Notes: generated from the sequence alone by a model not told the origin. A DNA stretch of 49,308 nucleotides, filler included, from Catajapyx aquilonaris (GCA_000934665.2; 3 parts of 3 records of this genome joined end to end with filler, not necessarily neighbours in it), one strand, 5' to 3'. Shown: positions 1 through 13,481, numbered from the whole stretch's first letter. Numbers and translations are program-made.

Positions 1-192
1 GGGGTTTCCAGGTAACGCCGCCGCCGTCGCCGCCGGAAAAAAAACATTCAGCTACGGCTAATATGTCCAGCACTGTACAGTACCGTACATGCCCTGTTTG
101 GACGGTGTTATGCAATAATGGGTCAACCTACAAAAATGTCAAAATTAAGTTAAGCTCAGGAACATACACCCAAAGGATAGTACTTCATTCAG

Positions 193-1054
193 TTAAGGGG
201 GGGACTACAGTCAAAATCAGGGGTTTTGTAGAAAAAAAAATCGCAAAAAAAACCCATTCGCGACAAGAAGTTGGGACTTCATTTTCATGAATGTACATAA
301 CTCAAAGACCTATTAGCGCCAACAATCGAATCACGTTCGTGTGTCGAAGGGCCTCCAGGGCCGCGTGACGTCACGCCACTGTCGACACGATTTAGGACGC
401 TGGGGTCAACCTACAACCGTCAGATTGGACCTCAGGCTTCCTTGAGAATGTAGTTTTTATTTGACCTAGAATTATAATTTTTGAAATCGTTTTAGTATTT
501 TTTTGACGATTTTAGAAAGATAACTACAGTTTTGAAAAACATTTAATTAAAGTAAAAATAGAAGTAGTTCCAGCAGCTTTTAGGCCGAATGATAGAGCCA
601 TGTTTGAGGATAAATATGGTGAAGTGAGAAGTTCGTAACTAAATTTTTGTGGCCTGGGCGATGTCGACAGTGTCCAAATCCGGCAAACTGAGAAAAACGC
701 GTTTAAAGTTTAAAGTAGGGTAAGGTAACAGAGCGATAATGCGATTCAAAAAATACGTTATTGTCACACAGACGCGCTGTTGCCAGCAGGACCGGCGTAG
801 TGCCTCCGCGTCCGCGCGGGAGCAGCACCTGATGGCACTCATGCCAGCGGGTAGGTGGGGAGAGGAGGAGGAACTGAAGGTCGTTGCCATGCAAGGTTGC
901 CAAGCGTCCACTCCCGACGCGCCAATTTTTTGAATTTCGGGACGCGGTTTGCCGCGTTCGACGCAGGAAAAGACGCTTGATTTTTTTTTTCTTCAAAAAA
1001 ATAAAAATAAATAAATCGAGTTTTTGAAGGGCGATGATTGTAGTGCCCCCTTCA
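193..1054. mobile_element. Non-autonomous DNA transposon, Kolobok-like
   Basis: Imperfect terminal inverted repeats: ttaagggggggactacagtc (193-212) vs gattgtagtgcccccttca (1036-1054). TTAA-like flanks and an internal gcgtgacgtcacgc palindrome (~363-376). No credible ORF. The superfamily assignment is inferred from the TTAA/purine termini only. Confidence 0.45.
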
Positions 1055-4018
1055 AATCAAAGTGGCGAAATCTGCATACTTTGGCCATAAATGACCGAAA
1101 AGAACACGGAATTAATTTCACAGGTATGACCTTCAAACCCCTTTTCCTCAAAACCGTTCTCATGTGGATTGACTCATTATTGCATAACGCCGTCCAATTA
1201 CACGTACAGATAATAATGCTTCCTATGAGTAGTTAAATAAACGTATCAGGTAAATACAGGAAGAATTGAGTTTTGCCCTTTTGAGTGACCCATGGAAAGT
1301 GAAGATGTCGGAGGGTGATATTTAATTACGGATATCAGGGGAACTTCCATTTTGAATATACTTTTTGACAGTTCGGGTGTTACACAACTTTGCTTTTTGT
1401 GAAACTCGACATTTCTCGATGGGGAAGTGCACTTCTGGCTGTTAGTGCTTATATGCAAATTAGAATTCGGTTCTTTTATGCAAGAGAAATACGCCAACTA
1501 AAGTGGGTTTAGACAATTGAAGCGTGGGTGTGGTTATAAAGGTTTATGACCAAGTTACGATTATGAAGTGTAAATGGATTTACGTTACTTTTGACAGCTG
1601 AATATCGTGCTAAGGTTAATCAATTCAATCTGGTCACTTCTCCACAGTAATGGGTTGTCAATGTACCATTACAAGTCCCTTCTTTTTAATCAGGGCCCGA
1701 ATGCAAATTTGAACACGCAAATGACATGGCGATATCGCGAAAACAGCGCATCCGAATCCATTCAAAACTTGACAAGCTATTATTAACTTAAACACTAATA
1801 TTGTGATCGGCCTGAACAAGAACTGGTTGTGACAATTTGACATGTTGCGAGGACCGCAATTGTGCCATCGATCTGTGTGTGGTATGTGTAATCCATTGCT
1901 AATTAGAAGCGCTTTTTGCCCCCCCCCCCCNNNCCCCGCCCCAGTGGATTCATTTGCAACACAAGATTTCTGGTGCAGGAAAGTGTCATACATGAATTAC
2001 GAACGGGTTTTTTGACGTCAGCAATTTTGAACCTACTTTCGATTTTCAATATCCTCCGGAATGTCCGTCGGAGTAGTCTCGTGACGAAATTTCGGTCCCA
2101 GACTTTCATTTTATGGCAAAAAATATATGTATATAAAAAAAGTTTCACTTGACGGCCTCTGATGTGCAAGTCAATTTTCCACCAAAGTTCCTCCCTGCTC
2201 TACATACCGCACATGATGGACGTCGTGAATCACCGGCTAGAAATGTAACTCAATTTTTGAAACGTTTTCAAAAAACAAAATTTGAATTAGAAACGTGACG
2301 GTCAAAACTGCGTGACTAATCTGAATCAGGTTCTATAATTTAGTCCCGAACGCATGCAAATCAGCAAACTACTTTTTGGGAGTCGGGAGAGCAGATTACG
2401 TGGGACTTAGACCGGAATTAATTCAATGAAACTGGATGGGATATAACCAACGGAAATTGATATTCCTGCCTGCAAACTCTCTACGAACCCCTTGATATTA
2501 CCCAAGTTTTCGTGTGTGTTTTTTGTGAGAAATTTTTTGGTATGAGCAAGGACACACGTCGATGTCACATCTCTTTGGCACAGAATGTGTTCTTTTTTGG
2601 AAAGGGGGGGAGACCCTCGATCGTTCATTATTGGGAGGTCTACTATTAGGCAAATCGATGGTCGGAGGATGACAAGGACGGGACTAGAAATCGATGTGCG
2701 GGGAAATATTGCCGTCCTTTAGCTCTAGCTCACGAGGGACAAAAATTAGCATGATTTAGGAACGAACATAACTTTCTTTAGATCAAAAATAGATTTACGC
2801 ATGACCCGAAGTAACCTTCTGTAACCGATCGACAACAACAATAGCTGCATTGTTTTAAATATTTGTTAACTATACCTGGAGAGTATTTAGCGAGGGACTG
2901 AATATTTGTAATTAAATTTTCAGGTGTGATTAATTTCAGAATTGGTGTAAATAATTGAGCTTCATGTTTATATGAAGTGAAGTTGTTGATTAACTTCTGT
3001 AATTTGATGCATGCATGTCACGTTAGGTGCGCAATAAATTAAGTTAATGGACAACACTACTTATAAATTGGCACACATGGGTCATCTGTTTGTGCAATTA
3101 ATTACTGAGCATGGAAATTTTATTGACACTGAATGCGATATTACATATTGAATTAACTTGCTTGCTACATAAATGGTGCACCTTATTATTACAATCCATA
3201 TGCATCAAAAATGAATAACTTGCTTTGGCCTTTTCCAAACATTATCAGTTATGCATATTTTTCGTAACCAACTGCTGACAATGCAAAGTTGGCATAGTTT
3301 GAAATGAGAGCCTCAGAAAAATTTTATCCACATTTCCTACAGTAGTGTTTGATTGGGACAATGAGAGTGTCGAGAAAACTGAATAAACGTGCATAATGAA
3401 TATAAATATTTGCACCCCATATTATGCTGTTAATTTTGTGAAGGAAGATAATTGAACTAAATTACATTAGAAAGAGACGGAACTACAATTTACTAATTAC
3501 ATAATATTAAGACATGTCAAGACATACCGGTATTTTATAATTTCTTGGAAAGTTCCATATCTAACAGTATTTATGACCAATTTATATGTAAGTCGAACCT
3601 GCTTTTATTCTTTATCATCTGAGGAGTAATACTTCTCATAGGTTAAATAGAGGTAATTTCACCGTTCTGTCTGTCTTATCTCATTTTATGGAATCTTGAG
3701 CCCTGGCTCGAATTCTAGCAGCGTGCTTGAGAAGTTACTTTCAAGATATAGGAGAAAGAAGGTTATAAAACGGGATTCACTCGATGGATTGGGCATCTGA
3801 TGACCTCGCCCTTGATCCGCAGATCGATGTCCAATTCACCTAGTTCTTTTTAAGATCTTCCTCCTGATATCTTACCTTGGAGTGAATGACCATGAATCAC
3901 TGACACGTACAACAATCCTTGGACATCCATTTTATATCAATGACCTCCATAAATTTTGTTCAGAAAAAAAGGCAGCCCAATTACTTGTGTGTGCAAGTGC
4001 TCTATTTAATGTGCATGT

Positions 4019-4051
4019 TGACTAATCAACTCCTTCTCTTTACAGGTAAGT
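4019..4051 (+). promoter_or_regulatory. Candidate recursive splice site (ratchet point, zero-length exon)
   Basis: tgactaat branch-like motif, polypyrimidine tract caactccttctcttt, then acAG|GTAAGT with the junction at 4045/4046: a consensus acceptor directly abutting a consensus donor. Confidence 0.55.
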
Positions 4052-6290
4052 AATCGCAACGCTTTGTCTACTTGGCAATCACTTGATGAGAGGTAAATCC
4101 GTGGGTATGGTTACGTCATCCCGGCAAGGTAAATATGTGGATAGCTGTCCTGTAGTGTCGAGGATAGAATCAATGCGATAGATCCGATCGCAATTCCATG
4201 CACGATCATATCGATAGACCCCCCCCCCCNTCCTTATCGTCCGAGAGTGGTATAAATCATGCAACTGTGAAGGTCAATGTGCCGGTTTTGAAACACGATT
4301 GCAGGTTAGCTAGAACTCCATAATAGGCGAGGTTGGGCCATCTATGGCCGACTATAGTAGCATGGAAGTGATGCCCGCGTGTGGCGCCATCCAACGTCAG
4401 CGTCGCCTACTGTTAGAACCCACCATGGATTGTATTCCGCACTGCGGCGAACACGTTTTATTTTTTTACCGGAGGGGAAGCTATGAGGGTGGGGTAGTGT
4501 GGACTATAAAAGTACGCTGTTCGATAGTCTCCTCCTTTTTTGGAATCATACCGTTGCATAATTATAACCCGAATAACTAAATAAAAAAACCACCACATAT
4601 CACCCGAAACATAACGGAATTGTACCTTCATTTTTTTTGACCTTCCAGGTCATTCTGGGGGTGTAGGTTCAAACTGGGTCTTCTAAAAATAGATACCGGT
4701 TTTCCCCCCTACCCCCAACCGCTTAATTTTATGCTTTGTTTTATTTTTTGGCGGGAACGGTAGTCGAAGGGTGGGTTTTTGGGAGCTCTCGACTGCATTG
4801 CAGATGCGTCGCTTGGGATGGGAGGTTGCGGCCCCTTTTCCCGATCGAAGAGGAGCATTGATGAATGCTTCCTTTCGCGATGACCTCCCCGCATTCTGTT
4901 ACGTCACCGACCCCCCCCCCCTCCCTCAAATGCCTCCACCCTCCCCTTAAGGCGGAAAGAATGATAATAACACGCCCACGCCCTTGCGCCCCTTGGTTCA
5001 TTTTTAGATTTTTGATTGCACTCAGGCGCCAATTCCGGTCCCGTAATAAAGCGGGTGTGATGACCTTGAAAATATTGCGGCTATGGCATGTCCCCCCGCA
5101 AAATCCATATGGCCTAGATTGCATATGAAAACATAGTGCACGTGATATGGGGACTGTTCGCAAATTTTTGCTGTATTTTCTGTATCTGCAGATATTTACA
5201 GTACCGTAAGTTTTTTTTAAAAATGGAGGTGAAAAGTGTGATATGTAAATTATTACAGGATGGTTGTGCCAAAAGTCATCTCTTGGTTGCGTTGATCTAG
5301 TTTGCATGGCTCTCAGTAGATGTCCGTCGGATCCGGCGAGCAAACTGTTCCAGACTCCCAACTTTGAGCTAAAATCTTGCCAATATTCTGGACCGGAACG
5401 CGAAACAATTTGTGGTCACCATTGGTTGGATTTATGCGGATAGTTATACGCACCTTACTTGCACTCAATTTATCCCAAGTTCTCTGGCTTAAAGAGGGAT
5501 CTACTGTCCCTTGTATGCTCCAGAAAGGATTTTGGTGCGCTTAGGTCCGGTTGCATCAACTCAAATTAAGAGAAAATCATTACAATGCATAATCCTATAT
5601 TTTTTTCCATAATTTGCATTGATACATTTGGGAGTTAAATTTGCCTCGATTTTACATGACAGGTGATCTGGATGACAATATCCATGATTTTAAATTTTAA
5701 TCAGTAAATTGGTCATTTGCTGAAAATGAATCCAAAATTAGGCTCTCTTTGCGCTAATGGAATATTCGCTATAAGCTACCTCATTGACTAATGTAATGCT
5801 TCACATTGGTTCCAAAAACCACACTCTGACACGAACGTTTTGAAGCAGCACAGAAACTCTTAAGTACCAGGTGTACTAGAGAATGTTGAAGTACCTTAAG
5901 CTTAAACAGTCCCTGTGTTTAATGCTCGGTTTATTGCCTAGAACTAGAAATAGAAAAGGGCAGTACACTTATAACTTTACAAATGACGCTCAACCGCACG
6001 AAATTCCGCGAAACATGTTTCTAAAAGGATGGATTTGTATATCTTCCATAAAAATATTTAGAAATCGATGCAAGCAACTTCTTGGTGCTAATTCATCTTT
6101 TGTTTTAACTATTTGTACCGGATGTTTTGAGCCAGATTTATTGCTGCACTTCAATATTTACAGCAAAATTATTTGTTGTTATACGGGGAGTAGTACTGTA
6201 TGTTCAAAAAATTGCAAGATTGGGTCCAGATGCTATGCAACGACCAGGATTTGACCCAGGTAAAGTATATGGAAATATATTATTAGTACG

Positions 6291-6580
6291 ACCGAAGCAG
6301 GTTGGTGTAGTGGTCAAGGAGTCCGACTGCTAATCGGGAGGTCCTGGGTTCGATTCCAGGGGCCGGCGATCCTGACCTTGATTTTCTGTGGTTTTCCATG
6401 CCCCCCCCCCCNNNNCCCCCCCCCCCCCCCCAAGGATAATCCCGTACAATAGGCCACAGCCGCTTCCTTCCTTCCCTATCCTTGTGTGAAGAAAATTTCA
6501 GAAAAATTGAGTGGTAAAATGGTGGTATTCCATCCCCGTAATGGAGCGCCGATTCTCCCAATGGGGCAAATTTTAAAAAA
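6291..6580 (+). mobile_element. tRNA-derived SINE (head A, Deu/Nin-like body, tail type 1)
   Basis: A-box tggtgtagtggt, anticodon-arm-like gactgctaatc, B-box gggttcgattcc, body ...aggccacagccgcttccttcc, A-rich end. TSD attattagtacga at 6279-6291 and 6581-6593. Related to the copies at 8388 and 48197. Confidence 0.85.
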
Positions 6581-6668
6581 ATTATTAGTACGAGATACTG
6601 TTGGCATACAAGAAAAATCCACTACGTTCAGTTGAGGACATTTTCAGTTACACCACTAATATTTATAA

Positions 6669-6984
6669 CTAGCTGCGGCACCCGACGTTGCCCGGGAAGA
6701 AATGAATGAAGGGAAAACACCTGCCAGTACCTCCGTCAACTGTGTCTTTTTGTGTGTCCACCCACCAATGCCATCTGTGGTCCTGCTACTCCAACAACTT
6801 GAACCTCTCCCGCCTCTGTAACGGCAACCGTCATCTGTAGTCAACCCCCAACCCCTCCATCCTCTCCCGGCCTGGGGGTGGAGCACAGATGGCAGGCAAA
6901 TGACTGTAGGCAGGCGGACAGACAGACAGAGAGGCAGACAGACAGACTCACAAACGGCTTTATTTATTTTTATAGATATATAGA
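6669..6984 (-). mobile_element. Non-autonomous Helitron (Lep1/HINE-like)
   Basis: On the minus strand it begins 5'-TC(tatatatctat) and ends cccgggcaacgtcggg hairpin...CTAG-3', inserted between A and T with no TSD. It has an internal (GACA)n-like microsatellite at ~6917-6947. Confidence 0.7.
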
Positions 6985-7553
6985 TGAGCCAGAAATTCAG
7001 GATTTTCTGTATTTACTTGCATGCAAAAAAGTTCAAAGTCAAATATTGTCGTTGTATTATTTTCAAAACTCGTTATTTGACTTCTCTTGTGTGCTCACGA
7101 TAATTATTATGATTCTGTCACAAATTACATCGGACAGTAATGGTTGGTGCTTAGCTGATTGCGTGAACAATCGCATCACTGTTAGTTTCCTGCAATTTCT
7201 ATTTGAACCAACCGTTCTTTTGTTATAAATAGCTGGTACATCCACAAACGTAAAAGAAAAAGCGTGTTTAGGCAGTTTGGCGACTGTGAACATTAAACGG
7301 TGCCGGGTGTAACTCAGGATCTGGTCGATTTCCGTTAGCCGTTTGTGGCTCCAGTGATATTTTAATTTTAGAGTGCAATCCCCACTCATATTTTAACCGT
7401 CCAGTAGTGGCCGTTAAAATCGTTTGAAAACCGTCGACATAAAGCCATACTGCATGAATCCATTCATGGCAATTTGAACGGTAAGTGGCGGGAATGTTAG
7501 TTCACCCAGTGTATCAGATGTACCCTGATTACCCCGGGTACCCCCCCCCCCCC

Positions 7554-7922
7554 NNNNNNNNNNNNNNNNNNNNNNNNNNNNNNNNNNNNNNNNNNNNNNN
7601 NNNNNNNNNNNNNNNNNNNNNNNNNNNNNNNNNNNNNNNNNNNNNNNNNNNNNNNNNNNNNNNNNNNNNNNNNNNNNNNNNNNNNNNNNNNNNNNNNNNN
7701 NNNNNNNNNNNNNNNNNNNNNNNNNNNNNNNNNNNNNNNNNNNNNNNNNNNNNNNNNNNNNNNNNNNNNNNNNNNNNNNNNNNNNNNNNNNNNNNNNNNN
7801 NNNNNNNNNNNNNNNNNNNNNNNNNNNNNNNNNNNNNNNNNNNNNNNNNNNNNNNNNNNNNNNNNNNNNNNNNNNNNNNNNNNNNNNNNNNNNNNNNNNN
7901 NNNNNNNNNNNNNNNNNNNNNN
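7554..7922. other. Assembly gap flanked by poly-C / poly-G
   Basis: Run of N between C and G homopolymers; ORFs crossing it are artefacts. Confidence 0.95.
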
Positions 7923-8223
7923 GGGGGGGGGGGGGGGGGGGTTATTTGAGTAGGTTTTTGACTCGAAGGAGTTATAAACAAATGGGTGTTGAGCTGAATC
8001 TGCAGCCAGTTTCTTCGAGGATGACCCCCGACTACGTTGACTATGTCAGGGTTCCTACTGGCTGGCACATTGGATATACCACTCCGGGCCTGCGTCGTGT
8101 GTCGGAGGTATACTATTCATAAGCATGTTTTTCTACCTTGCAAATAATAACAATACCGTACCTGCTTTAACGGATATTACTAGGTCCCGCTGCAAAACTG
8201 CATGGTGTTGTCTGAATATTAAG

Positions 8224-8370
8224 AGTAGCTTCTACGAAATCTAAACCTAATATTAGCAACTAATGCTAAAAGTAGCTTCTACGAAATCTAAACCTAATAT
8301 GAGCAACTAATACTAAAAGTAGCTTCTACGAAATGTAAACCTAATATTGGCAACTAATACTAAAAGTAGC
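8224..8370. repeat. Tandem repeat, 3 x 47 bp
   Basis: Unit agtagcttctacgaaatctaaacctaatattagcaactaatgctaaa starts at 8224, 8271 and 8318 with few substitutions; there are no unique spacers. Confidence 0.9.
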
Positions 8371-8387
8371 TGAAAAGTAATGGCTAT

Positions 8388-8843
8388 TTTATTTATTTAT
8401 TTATTTATTTTACCCCGTGCTAGGCATCAAGGGCCTCTTTGGGGGTGGCACACCACCATCAGTTTTCTGAATCACTTTCTTTTTCTCTCCGGTGCAAGGG
8501 AAGGATAGGGATATGAGGGGGGACACTGGTGCTAGCTAGTGCATTGTCTATATGTTGGGGGTCGTGTGCAGTCCCTCAGGGGGCCCGTTCGCCATAGATG
8601 ATCCCCTAGGTGCGGGATCAGAAACTCCCCACCGACCCCGCACCTCCTCAGGGATGGGACAAGGATAGGAAGGGAAGGAAGCGGCTGTGGCCTGTTATTA
8701 CGGAAACAACTCCGGGATTTCCCTGGAGGGACCGTGGGAAACCACAGAAAACCCCGGTCAGAGTTGCCGGCACCGGGGATCGAACCCAGGACCTCCCGAT
8801 TAGCAACCGGATACCAAATCCCCTCCGCTACCGCTGTTTCGGT
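8388..8843 (-). mobile_element. Full-length tRNA-derived SINE (head A, Deu/Nin-like body, tail type 2)
   Basis: Minus strand: accgaaacag...ttgctaatcgggaggtcctgggttcgatcccc head, ggttttctgtggtttccc...aggccacagccgcttccttccc body, (TAAA)n tail. 15-bp TSD aaaagtaatggctat at 8373-8387 and 8844-8858. Confidence 0.9.
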
Positions 8844-10539
8844 AAAAGTAATGGCTATATTAGTATCAAAACCTTCAACCACTCAATTTGAATAACCTGT
8901 GTAGGGAGCAAATGATTGTAAATATTTTCATGATATACGTTACGTAGGGTTGAATTAAATGCGGAAAAGTAAATATAGTCACCTTTTCCATACAACCATT
9001 TATCCGCAACAACTGTATACCATGTCGTCGTTCTGCAGTGTCCCTCCTTACGGAATGTTTCGAGCAGGATCTTTCAATCAATACTAAGTAGATGTGATGC
9101 TCTTCAAGTTCCAGAACGCAGTCCAAAACATCATGGAATAGTGTAGTATAGTTCAGAGGGCTAGTCAACAATAACTCAAATCGAATTATTAACTGCTTTC
9201 AACTTTCTGATCTTTTTGACCAATAATGCTGCTTTTAATTATCTCTTATTTTGAGTAATTTCGTCCTTTTTGAGACCCTTGTATGTCTATGAAGGACGAC
9301 GCCATGTTGTCTAATCATGATCAGTGCCACTCAATATACAGTGTATTGTCAAATGATTCATTTAAAGTATATGATGTTGGCATAAACCTGGTTAGAGTTG
9401 AAATGAAAACTATACTTGCCGTCCATTTTGATAAAAATTTCAAACCACGGCTGTAGAGAGCTTATTTAGGTGCTATTCGGTCCACAATGCCAATTCTTAT
9501 AATTATGCAGCATAATTAAAATTTACACCCACCATTAACATTGAATAATGAATGTTGGATATAACTTCTCCCTGAAAAGTTTGCAAGGCTTGTAACTATC
9601 ACAGCGCATTTCTACTAAAAAGAAAATATCATGACCCGGAACTTTTGCGTATGTATGGTTAACCTTACCAACTTGTTAATTAGTGTGTTTTTTTGTTTAA
9701 ATTTTTGAGGAACAAACACGTCCCTTCATGTATATAGCTGTGGAGTCCCAAAATGGAAGCTGTAATGAGACTCCCTAGCGAGTTTTCCCCTCGGGTGGCT
9801 TTGCCTATTAGTAATTAATTTTCATCTTGGCATGGGTAGTTCATCTTTCCTTGCATGTCTTGTGGAGGCAGCTGATTTCATTTTACACTCAAGTGAACTC
9901 ACGCATACACTTTCTCTACTCATCATCCCTCAAGCCCTTCAATGCCAAAAAAAAGCTGCAGGTGTATGATGTGTATGATATCCCTCCATATTACTAGTTG
10001 CCAAAACTATAGCCTCTTGTAGCCTCCCGCAGGCCCGTCTCCCGACAAACACTCCTGAATCCACCCCATCTAACGGCAAAACTCACAACTTTGCCTCTTT
10101 TTTCATGAATCGCCCTTGGTTACAAAATTCTGGGATTTTCTCCCTCTTGAATTTATTACCACATTGTCAGTAATATATTCTGAGACCCACCCCCCTTTCC
10201 CACTGCTGGTCCAATGAGCAAATCAGTGAGGTCGAGAATTGAAGTGTCTGCAAATGACTAACAGGCACCTATAAGCATGTAGGGTGAGCTGGAGAAAATG
10301 TCGTCGACCTATTCTAGAAGGAGGCACCTCCTGACAATTAGTTACCACTGCAGACACATTGCAGTCGTCGTTTTTTTTCTCTCTCTCGTCAGGCTTTCAT
10401 TAGGCCTACATGTCACGGAAAGAATGTGCCGGAAGAGTAACTGTGTTAGAGCTTTGGAGAAGGGTCAGAAGGAATGCGAAATGAGGAGCTTATTGTTAGT
10501 TCAGTTGGCATTGATCAAGGGTGTATTATTGTGTTCAAC

Positions 10540-10859
10540 CAGGGGCGGATCCAGAAATTTTTTCTGGGGGGGGAGCACAAGGGAACTTCTCTGGGGAGAG
10601 AGTGGCGCAGGGCCCGCCGCAGGCGAAATTTTTTTTCGGTTCAAGGTCACAACCCTTCTTCGCGACCCCAAATTTGGGGTCGCAACCGCAAAACGGAAAA
10701 GAACCCGTAGAACAGTGCAATTTTGCACTGTTCTAGAGGGTTTTTGCGAGTTTTTCCCCCGTTTTTTTATTTTTTCCGTTTTTTCCCCCCTCTGTGGGAG
10801 CTCTGGGGGGGGGGGGGCACGTGCCCCCGTGCCCCCGTGCCCCCCTAAATCCGCCACTG
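10540..10859. mobile_element. hAT-type MITE
   Basis: TIRs caggggcggat / atccgccactg; perfect 8-bp TSD tgttcaac (10532-10539 and 10860-10867). A related left end occurs at 39531. Confidence 0.85.
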
Positions 10860-11477
10860 TGTTCAACCCTGTTAACTAGGGTAATCGAAATACAGGTATT
10901 TACACCACTTTCAGCACCTTGTAGAACAATCTAGACACAACCCATAAGTAGGTTTACCCTTAGGGGAAAAGAACCCTTTGATTAAACCGGCTGTGTAAGC
11001 TGTCTTGTCAGTTGAGAGCCACTGTGGGCAACCTTTTAACGAGGGGTGAGAAGGAAGCCGCTTCTGGCTCCATTTTTGGCTTCCTCCTGTAGGAAGAGAA
11101 ACCACAGAAACTCTCGGCAAACGATGGGTTGCTTGCCACTGGCTTGAAACCCAAGACCTAATGATTGCCAGTCGACCGCATTTACTTGGCCACTGATGTC
11201 TTCTAGTTACGACCTCGATTGATTGTTGATGTTGCAACAGAAGATACAGTAGAGCATATTTTTAAGAGGAACTTTCAAAGTTCTTTCTAGTAACAATTGT
11301 CGCGGACGAAAACATGGAATATTGTGGATGAGTAGGGTCCTCCAGTGGTATCATAATTACACAAATACGATTTGAAAGTTCGACAATTTTATAAAAACCA
11401 ATGATAATAATAATAATCATCATCATCATTAATGTGAGCAACATGCTGCACATTATAAATAAATCACAGGGTGACTC

Positions 11478-12149
11478 ACAACCAATCTTTTTTTACCCTC
11501 TTAAATTATGAAAATTCTTGGCCTATAGTGTTGTGAAAACGTCACCTCTGCTGCTAATTTTCACGTTAAGGCCGCTTCACAAACTCGGCGTTGCGAAAGC
11601 GGGGCGAAATGCCCGTTTTACAAACTCGGATTTGCGCGAGCGAGGCGTGCTGAGCGTGGAAAATTTGCGAAGGGCTATTCACAAATGCTGCGTGCGATGA
11701 CCGAGCGCGGGCGTTGCGCTGGCGTCCAACCGGGTGGACTTTCTGCGTGCGATGAGCGGAAGGCCCACACGCCACGCTTTCGCAACGCCGAGTTTGTGAA
11801 GCGGCCTTTAGCAGGGTCAAAGTCAAGACAAAAGGCGATATTCCGAAGCCACAACACTTGCATCCAGTCGCCGCGACTGGTATCAATGGTATGTAAATGA
11901 TTGATTAGACTTGATTCATAAATTGCTACATAAAAGCGTGTGAGGTGCTACACGTGCTACACCCTAGAGCGCGCTACAGTCGCGGCGACCGGGGACCTGC
12001 GGACTAGTGTTGTGGCTTCGGAATATTGCCTTTTGCCTTGTATTTTGGTGTGAAAATTAGCAGCGGAGGTGATGTTTGTACAACACTATAGACCAAAAAT
12101 TTCCAAAAAATTTCAAAATTTATGAGGGTAAAAAGAGTTGGTTTGGTTG
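11478..12149. mobile_element. Foldback MITE with long imperfect inverted arms, interrupted by a younger MITE
   Basis: Left arm tttttaccctc...ctatagtgttgt...ctgctaattttcac...aaaaggcgatattccgaagccacaacact...tcgccgcgactg mirrors right arm cagtcgcggcga...agtgttgtggcttcggaatattgcctttt...gtgaaaattagcag...acaacactatag...gagggtaaaaa. Ends are approximate. Confidence 0.7.
11569..11807. mobile_element. PIF/Harbinger (Tourist-like) MITE
   Basis: TIR of ~33 bp aggccgcttcacaaactcggcgttgcgaaagcg with its reverse complement ending at 11807; TTA TSD at 11566-11568 and 11808-11810. Confidence 0.85.
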
Positions 12150-13481
12150 TCGGAATGGTGTCTACTATTCGAAAGAAATCTCTGCAAGGCGAGGATCACG
12201 AGTTGATAATGCGAGGGCCGCGGTGTTGACAAATGAACGTCTGCGCCATGTACCTTCCGCGCTGTAATTTCCTCTCGAGCGGTTCAATAGTACTTCGGAA
12301 ACTGCTATAGGGCCTGCTCACAAAGCCAGCAGTAAAAGTGTGCATATATTAAATATTCAGCGTCGGCCCTTTCAGCGCATTGGCCCTACTGCCTACGACT
12401 AATGTCAAAAGTAATGTGCAGTAATACCCGGTTAGCGAGTAACTGCTTTTACCCTTGTTCATTCCACTTCTCGGCAGGGCACTTGACAAATATATGATCT
12501 CATTGAAGCGTCTGTACTCTCAGGATAGTGCACCCCCCTTTTTTTTCATTTCACTTCATCAAAAATTCATATCCAGTCATAACTGTACTCTGCCAGCAGA
12601 ATATCGAATCTGGCAATATTTGCTTATTGAGTTTCATTAGGAGTCATTCCCAATATGGTTCTCAATAGACCCGTTGATTTATTCCAGTAAATTGGCACGG
12701 TTCCGAAAACATCATGTGCATATGGCGACGCCAACTATTCTTCCAATGACATTTTTAACAAAACTCCCTGCTAAAAGGAAAAGGAACTGATTGGGTCTCC
12801 TATATAGGGAGATTGGAGTGTCAGAGATTTGGCAAGGAAGGGACTTGATCCTCCAGCTTCTAGTTGCATATAAAGGCAAAAGGAAACCCCAGCAGATGCC
12901 CAAAATTCCACCGTCGGATTTGTGCCTCAGCCTTTTCCGCGACTGTAATTGCATTCAGGAGAACTTCTCTAAGCTCCCAAATATGCTCTCCGAGAATGGC
13001 GTTAGCGCCACATGTCTTCAAACCCGGGCGCTAATTAGGTGCCTTCCTAGTGAACTTAACAGTCCAGTGGTCTGTTAATCCCGGTTAACTACGTCTTGCA
13101 CTGTTCCTCCGTTATCTGGCTCCCATCAGAAACTGGCTTCAGGCAGCCATTTTTGGACTGGAGTTTCGCCAGTGGCCTGATGCTATCGATAATAGTCCAG
13201 GGGAAAGGCGAATGTTCTTTTTACAGAGTGACGAGGCCATAATGTGAGAACTTGGTTAATGAGCACAAAACAAAGCATGTGTATTGTAGTTGAAATATTC
13301 GTTTTTTTATATTATTGGCGCTAATGATAACGTGTCGCGTATGTGCGCTGTAGATTAGTAATTTTCACTTCCTCACAGGCAACATGATTAGATTTTGTAA
13401 AATAATGAGCAGCATAGTGCTGTTTTATTTTGCAGAATATTCAGAAACACTAAAGTATTTGCATCCATTTTTTAAAAAATA

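Noticed and set aside
4741..5361. 206-aa minus-strand ORF
   Set aside because: No domain-like pattern, non-ATG start, no supporting splice structure.
6295..6370. tRNA-Ser(GCT)-like gene (also at ~48200 and ~8770-8840)
   Set aside because: No proper acceptor stem or long variable arm; it continues into a repeat body and is bounded by TSDs, so it is a SINE head.
7485..8068. Long ORFs across the N gap
   Set aside because: Open only because of Ns.
8224..8370. CRISPR-like repeat array (also the motif repeats at 47276-47691)
   Set aside because: Contiguous units without spacers (or ~175-bp spacers), eukaryotic context, no cas genes.
10298..10879. 193-aa ORF and neighbouring ORFs
   Set aside because: Mostly spans the GC-rich hAT MITE; low-complexity translation.
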